64,000 nucleotides of DNA, taken from the NCBI GenBank assembly GCA_963675495.1, contig OY776215.1, positions 1,600,001 through 1,664,000 on the forward strand. The letters are read 5' to 3'. Source of the DNA: an uncultured Methanolobus sp. Lineage in GTDB: Archaea; Halobacteriota; Methanosarcinia; Methanosarcinales; Methanosarcinaceae. Positions 59,682-64,000 of the stretch are shown one piece after another. A model generated the notes under the pieces. It saw only the letters and a list, made by a program, of their open reading frames with translations. It was not told where the DNA came from and did not search any database. The stretch's first letter is position 1; each line of letters starts with the position of its first letter. Position numbers and translations under genes: made by a program.

Positions 59682-60905
59682 ATATTCAGTAAAAGATATT
59701 ATAGATTGTTTGCACTTGTAACAGTAGTCTTAATTTTATGTATTTCGAATCCGGCTCTTGGCCGGGACCAGGTTAGAACTGATAAACTGGACATACTTGC
59801 AGCAGAGATATCACCACAACCCGTAAGACCCGGACAGGAGCTGCTTGTTAAAGTGAGTGTGGCCAATTATGATGATACTACAGCCAGCAATGTCGTTCTT
59901 GAAGTCGAGAACCAGTTTCCCCTTATATTGAGATTCTCGGAGAAGGAATATGGTGTGAAAAGCATCTCCAACAACAGTTTCATAATTGACAGGATAAGCT
60001 CCAATGGGAATGTGGAGATCAACTATAACTTTCTCATCGATCCTGAAGCCAGGACAGGAACATACAATGTGACATTCAGGCTTTCTGACAGCAATGATGT
60101 GTTTGTTACAAAAACGATAACCATCAAAGTTGAAGGAACTCCGTCAATTACCCTGATGAACTCTTCTTTTTCACAATCCGGAATATCTCCCGGAGATACA
60201 TTTTACCTGTATACCACAGTTGCAAGCGTTGGAAGTGGCAATGCCAAGAACATACGTATCACTCTACTGATAGATGATGTCCCGTCCCTTGTGGCTATGA
60301 AAGATAATACCGCATTTATCCACACCCTTGATGCAGGGGAAGAAGAGCAGATAACGTTTGAGCTAAGCCTTGGAAAGGACGCAGATATAACATCATACAA
60401 CATACCCATCTCAGTAGCTGCAGTTGATGATACTGAAAATCTGAACATCAGTTCGGTAGAGACCATTGGTTTTGAGGCAAAAGGAAGGGCAATGATCGAT
60501 ATCGCAAACATAAAAAATGACCCTACTATGCCTGAAAAGGGTAAAGAGCTCACTCAGATGATAAGGATAGAGAATGTGGGGGAGGGAGAAGCAAGGTCAG
60601 TGAAAGTCAGCCTTGTGGAACTTGATATATCCGGAACCAGAGAGGCCTTTATCGGAAAACTTGATGCAAATGATGATGCTCCTGCTACGTTCTCCTTCAT
60701 TCCCCGCAAAAGCGGTGATCAAAAGTACATTGCACTCATCGAATACGAAGATGATTTCGGGAACCACTCAATTGAACACGAATTGACCATGAGTGTAAAA
60801 GGTACATCACCATATCGTCTTTTGTTTGGGGCCATAGTGCTGATTTTGCTGATCTTTGGCGCCTTCAACCTCAGAAAGCATTTCAAAAAAGAGACAGAGC
60901 AATGA
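59682..60905 (+). CDS. COG1361 S-layer-like Ig-domain membrane protein; putative ATA start
   Basis: PQPVRPGQ, ISPGDTF...VGSGNAKNI, ENVGEGEARSV repeats, C-terminal TM; ATA 59682 after GGGGAG gives n-region MFSKRYYR (track start TTG 59706). Confidence 0.8.
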   Translation: MFSKRYYRLFALVTVVLILCISNPALGRDQVRTDKLDILAAEISPQPVRPGQELLVKVSVANYDDTTASNVVLEVENQFPLILRFSEKEYGVKSISNNSFIIDRISSNGNVEINYNFLIDPEARTGTYNVTFRLSDSNDVFVTKTITIKVEGTPSITLMNSSFSQSGISPGDTFYLYTTVASVGSGNAKNIRITLLIDDVPSLVAMKDNTAFIHTLDAGEEEQITFELSLGKDADITSYNIPISVAAVDDTENLNISSVETIGFEAKGRAMIDIANIKNDPTMPEKGKELTQMIRIENVGEGEARSVKVSLVELDISGTREAFIGKLDANDDAPATFSFIPRKSGDQKYIALIEYEDDFGNHSIEHELTMSVKGTSPYRLLFGAIVLILLIFGAFNLRKHFKKETEQ

Positions 60906-60912
60906 GGGGAAC

Positions 60913-62115
60913 ATGTTTGAGAGAACGAAAGTCTCATTTTTTCTGGCATCAAGGTCGATACTTAGAGGAAACAAAGGTATCACTTTCTTTACTATCATAG
61001 TCCTGACACTTGTGTATCTCCAGCTTGTATTCTTTTCAAGTATGATAGGCGGAGTGACGATGAAGTTCAATGATGTACTTGTGGACTACCAGACAGGGGA
61101 CCTTGTTGTAGAACCCGGTCAGGATGAAATTTACATATCAAATGTTCATGCGCTTACAAAAAAGATAGAACACCTTCCTGAAGTGGTGGGTGTTTCCCCG
61201 CGTTTGCGACTCAAAAGTTCCATATCCTTCAAAGAAAAAGAGGTTGGTGCCACAGTTTACGGCATTGATGCAAACGAAGAGGAACTTGTCACCAAATTTC
61301 AATCGGCAATGGTTGAAGGGGAATTCATAAGCAAGCTGGACAGGGGAGAAATTGTACTTGGAAGAGAACTGTCAGGAGGATACGGCGCAGTAATGCAGAG
61401 CAGGTCCCTTGAAGACGTGTCCGTAGGTGACGTTGTTGCTGTCATCATAAACGGTCAGGCAAAGGAATTCAGGGTGAAGGGGATCTACAATACCTTGTTC
61501 TTCATGTCCGACTCCTCGGCTTTTGTGAACAAAGAAGACCTTGATGAAGCACTTGACGCTGAGAATAAGGCTCATGAAATTGTCATAAAGATAAAGGACG
61601 GAGCAGATGAGCAATCCGTAAGAGAAGAGATACTTTCCCTGGGAGTTCAGGAAGAAGTACGCACCTGGCAGGAATTTGCCGGCATCCTGAAAATAATCGA
61701 AGGCACACTTTCCATGATAAGGAACGTATTCACAGCAGTTGGTCTTATTGTAGCTTTTGTAATCATTTTTGTGGTCATCTTTGTCAACATCGTAAGCCAG
61801 AAACGACAAATCGGAGTCCAAAAAGCCATCGGTATAGAAGAGGAAGTGATTATTTCATCGTTCGTATTTCAGGCGATGTTCTACGCTTTTGTGGCAATGG
61901 CCATTGGATACAGCCTGATGCAGTTCATTTTCACACCTTATACTCAATCGCATCCCATCAGCGCACCAATTGGCAAGGTGAGTCTGGACCTCAGTAATAC
62001 GGAAGCTGCCATCCGTGCAATGATGCTGTTCATGGCGGCTGTCATAGGTTCTTTGATCCCTTCCTACAGGATGACAAAAAGAAGTCTGCTTGATCTTATA
62101 TGGGGTTCGAACTGA
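60913..62115 (+). CDS. ABC transporter permease, MacB/FtsX (LolC-like) family
   Basis: One N-terminal TM, large extracytoplasmic loop, KRQIGVQKAIG, three C-terminal TM; ATG 60913 after GAGGGG. Confidence 0.88.
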   Translation: MFERTKVSFFLASRSILRGNKGITFFTIIVLTLVYLQLVFFSSMIGGVTMKFNDVLVDYQTGDLVVEPGQDEIYISNVHALTKKIEHLPEVVGVSPRLRLKSSISFKEKEVGATVYGIDANEEELVTKFQSAMVEGEFISKLDRGEIVLGRELSGGYGAVMQSRSLEDVSVGDVVAVIINGQAKEFRVKGIYNTLFFMSDSSAFVNKEDLDEALDAENKAHEIVIKIKDGADEQSVREEILSLGVQEEVRTWQEFAGILKIIEGTLSMIRNVFTAVGLIVAFVIIFVVIFVNIVSQKRQIGVQKAIGIEEEVIISSFVFQAMFYAFVAMAIGYSLMQFIFTPYTQSHPISAPIGKVSLDLSNTEAAIRAMMLFMAAVIGSLIPSYRMTKRSLLDLIWGSN

Positions 62116-62780
62116 TGATAGAGGCAAAAGATGTCACAAGAACCTTTCTCATGGGCAAGGTGGAAGTTAAGGCACTTCGAGGTATCAGTCTCAATATAAA
62201 TAAGGGAGAATTTGTTGCCATAGTAGGCTCAAGCGGCAGCGGTAAGACCACACTGCTCAACCAACTCGGACTATTGGATACACCAACATCCGGGCAGGTT
62301 TTCATTGACTCGACCAATTCATCAGAGCTTACTGACAAACAAAAAATAAGATTCCGACTGGACAATCTGGGATACGTGTTCCAGGATTATGCGCTTATCC
62401 CTACTCTAACGGGTCTTGAGAATGTTTACCTGCCTCTAATGATGCAGGGATTGAAAGAGGAGGATTTTATGAAAAAAGCGACTGGTACATTTGAAGCAGT
62501 GGGACTTGCTGACAGAATGCATCATCTGCCATCAGAAATGAGTGGAGGACAGCAACAGAGAGTCTCTATTGCCAGAGCGCTTGTACATGAACCAAAGATA
62601 CTTTTTGCCGACGAACCCTGTGCCAATCTTGACAGTGAAGCCTCCAGACAGATACTTGAACTGTTCAGCAGGTTCAATAAAGAAAAAAAGCAGACCATTG
62701 TGATGGTTACCCATGAGCAATGGCATCTTGATTATGTGGACAGGGTCATCAAATTAAAGGATGGGGTGATGGCTGATTGA
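62115..62780 (+). CDS. ABC transporter ATP-binding protein (LolD-like)
   Basis: GSSGSGKT, GYVFQ, MSGGQQQRV, ADEP, VTH. Confidence 0.93.
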   Translation: MIEAKDVTRTFLMGKVEVKALRGISLNINKGEFVAIVGSSGSGKTTLLNQLGLLDTPTSGQVFIDSTNSSELTDKQKIRFRLDNLGYVFQDYALIPTLTGLENVYLPLMMQGLKEEDFMKKATGTFEAVGLADRMHHLPSEMSGGQQQRVSIARALVHEPKILFADEPCANLDSEASRQILELFSRFNKEKKQTIVMVTHEQWHLDYVDRVIKLKDGVMAD

Positions 62781-62801
62781 ATGAAGATCGTTGTTAACTT
62801 T

Positions 62802-63377
62802 TCACAGAAGTTTTCTGCATTGCTCATGCCTGAAACACGTCACAACATGGTCATTGACCATGCCCATAGCCTGCATGAAGGCATATATTATGGTTGGCCC
62901 CACAAAGTTGAATCCTCGTTTCTTCATATCCTTGCTTATCTTTTCGGACAACTCTGTTTTTGCAGGCAGCTCTTCCATTGATTTCCATGAATTTTGTATT
63001 GCTTTTCCGTCTTCCAAAAATTCCCGAAGGTAATTGTCAAATGAACCAAACTCATTTCTGACCTCAATGAATGACTGTGCATTGCGAACTGCGGAACGCA
63101 CCTTCAATTTATTCCTGATGATGCCGCTGTCCTGTAAGAGTTCCTCTATCCTCTCTTCACCATAACCTGCAATTATCTCATAATCAAAATCATCAAAGGC
63201 TTTCCTGTAATTCTCCCTTCTTTTAAGGATCGTATCCCAGCTAAGTCCTGCCTGTGCTCCTTCAAGTACAAGGAATTCGAATAATTTACGGTCATCATGT
63301 TCAGGCACTCCCCACTCAGTGTCATGATACTCAATTTCAAGTTCATTGAGCCCAGCCCATTCACATCGTACTTTCAT
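62802..63377 (-). CDS. tag: DNA-3-methyladenine glycosylase I
   Basis: RCEWA...YHDTEWG, LEGAQAGLSW, IIRNKLK, GFNFVGPT, NDHVVTC; start set to ATG 63377. Confidence 0.95.
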   Translation of the reverse strand: MKVRCEWAGLNELEIEYHDTEWGVPEHDDRKLFEFLVLEGAQAGLSWDTILKRRENYRKAFDDFDYEIIAGYGEERIEELLQDSGIIRNKLKVRSAVRNAQSFIEVRNEFGSFDNYLREFLEDGKAIQNSWKSMEELPAKTELSEKISKDMKKRGFNFVGPTIIYAFMQAMGMVNDHVVTCFRHEQCRKLL

Positions 63378-63492
63378 GAAAATAATTGTGTGACTGAGAA
63401 TTATTAAATCTTCCCTATAAACTGAGAATGGTAATTTCCAGAAGATGATAATTATATAAGAAGAGCTCATAATTTGTATTGGGGGCAATTAT

Positions 63493-64000
63493 ATGCAAGG
63501 GGACGTGAAATACCTCATCACATCTTTTACAGGCTTAGTGGTTACACTGGCAATTATCTTTGCACTTGTAACGGTATCAAGCGCAGAAAATGGCGCAGAG
63601 ATCATATACATATATTCTGCGGATACAACGGCAGAAACCTACGTATCGTTGCTTGAAGACAATGACTATAGGGTGAACATGATACCTTTAAGCAAGGTGG
63701 AGGGTACCGACCTTTCAGAGTACAATGTTATAATAGCAGGAACAGACACCACATGGAGTGACATTGATACCATAAATGCTGTCATTAAAAGCGGTCTACC
63801 GGTCATTGGGCTCGGAGAGGGAGGATATATCCTTTTCGGCCAGATTGGTCTTGTTTGCGGACACCCGAACGGGTGGCATGGCAGTGTAAACAGCATCTAT
63901 GTAGTTGATGCTGCACATACTGTTTTCCAGGAACCGAATGCTATAAGGATTCCAAGAGATGGCATATTACAGCTGTACTCTTCTACGAAACACATTGGTA
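63493..64000 (+). CDS. Secreted/cell-surface protein, 5' part only
   Basis: Manual translation MQGDVKYLITSFTGLVVTLAIIFALVTVSSAENGAEIIYIYS..., open to the window end; SD GGGGG; signal peptide. Confidence 0.7.
   Translation, partial: MQGDVKYLITSFTGLVVTLAIIFALVTVSSAENGAEIIYIYSADTTAETYVSLLEDNDYRVNMIPLSKVEGTDLSEYNVIIAGTDTTWSDIDTINAVIKSGLPVIGLGEGGYILFGQIGLVCGHPNGWHGSVNSIYVVDAAHTVFQEPNAIRIPRDGILQLYSSTKHIG

Noticed and set aside
59682-62780. COG1361 + MacB/FtsX permease + LolD-like ATPase as a novel system
   Set aside because: A recurrent, already recognised operon type in methanogens; only its start codon is flagged
1-64000. CRISPR array, tRNA/rRNA genes, transposases, integrases, prophage
   Set aside because: No regularly spaced direct repeats, cloverleaf or rRNA-like segments, or mobile-element motifs were seen by eye; very short elements could have been missed

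Overview
A gene-dense, mostly core-genome window from a methanogenic euryarchaeon of the Methanosarcinaceae (Methanolobus-like). The assignment is inferred from atwA/methanogenesis marker 3, class I LysRS, the HMG-CoA synthase/thiolase/DUF35 trio and a PGF-CTERM protein. It holds about 60 CDS: MCR activation genes, eIF5A-agmatinase, hisF/hisE, purH, prs, moaC, lysS, metG, mevalonate-entry genes, oapAB and many repair or sanitising enzymes. I saw no rRNA, tRNA, CRISPR array, transposase or prophage. Most notable observations: (i) three genes whose natural N-termini seem to start at non-canonical ACG/ATA codons behind good Shine-Dalgarno motifs (marker 3, the AbrB-PhoU regulator, a COG1361 protein); (ii) a three-gene module of a lipoprotein with a 630-bp internal tandem duplication, a 3-TM microprotein and a double wHTH regulator; (iii) an amber codon whose read-through would fuse a Cys-rich ORF to an endonuclease III-like gene in an operon with a CDIN1/C15orf41-like nuclease; (iv) a U32 hydroxylase coupled to a DNPH1-like N-hydrolase; (v) a solo, apparently catalytically dead Cas4; (vi) structured intergenic regions upstream of hisF and hisE. 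All family assignments come from motif recognition, not database searches.
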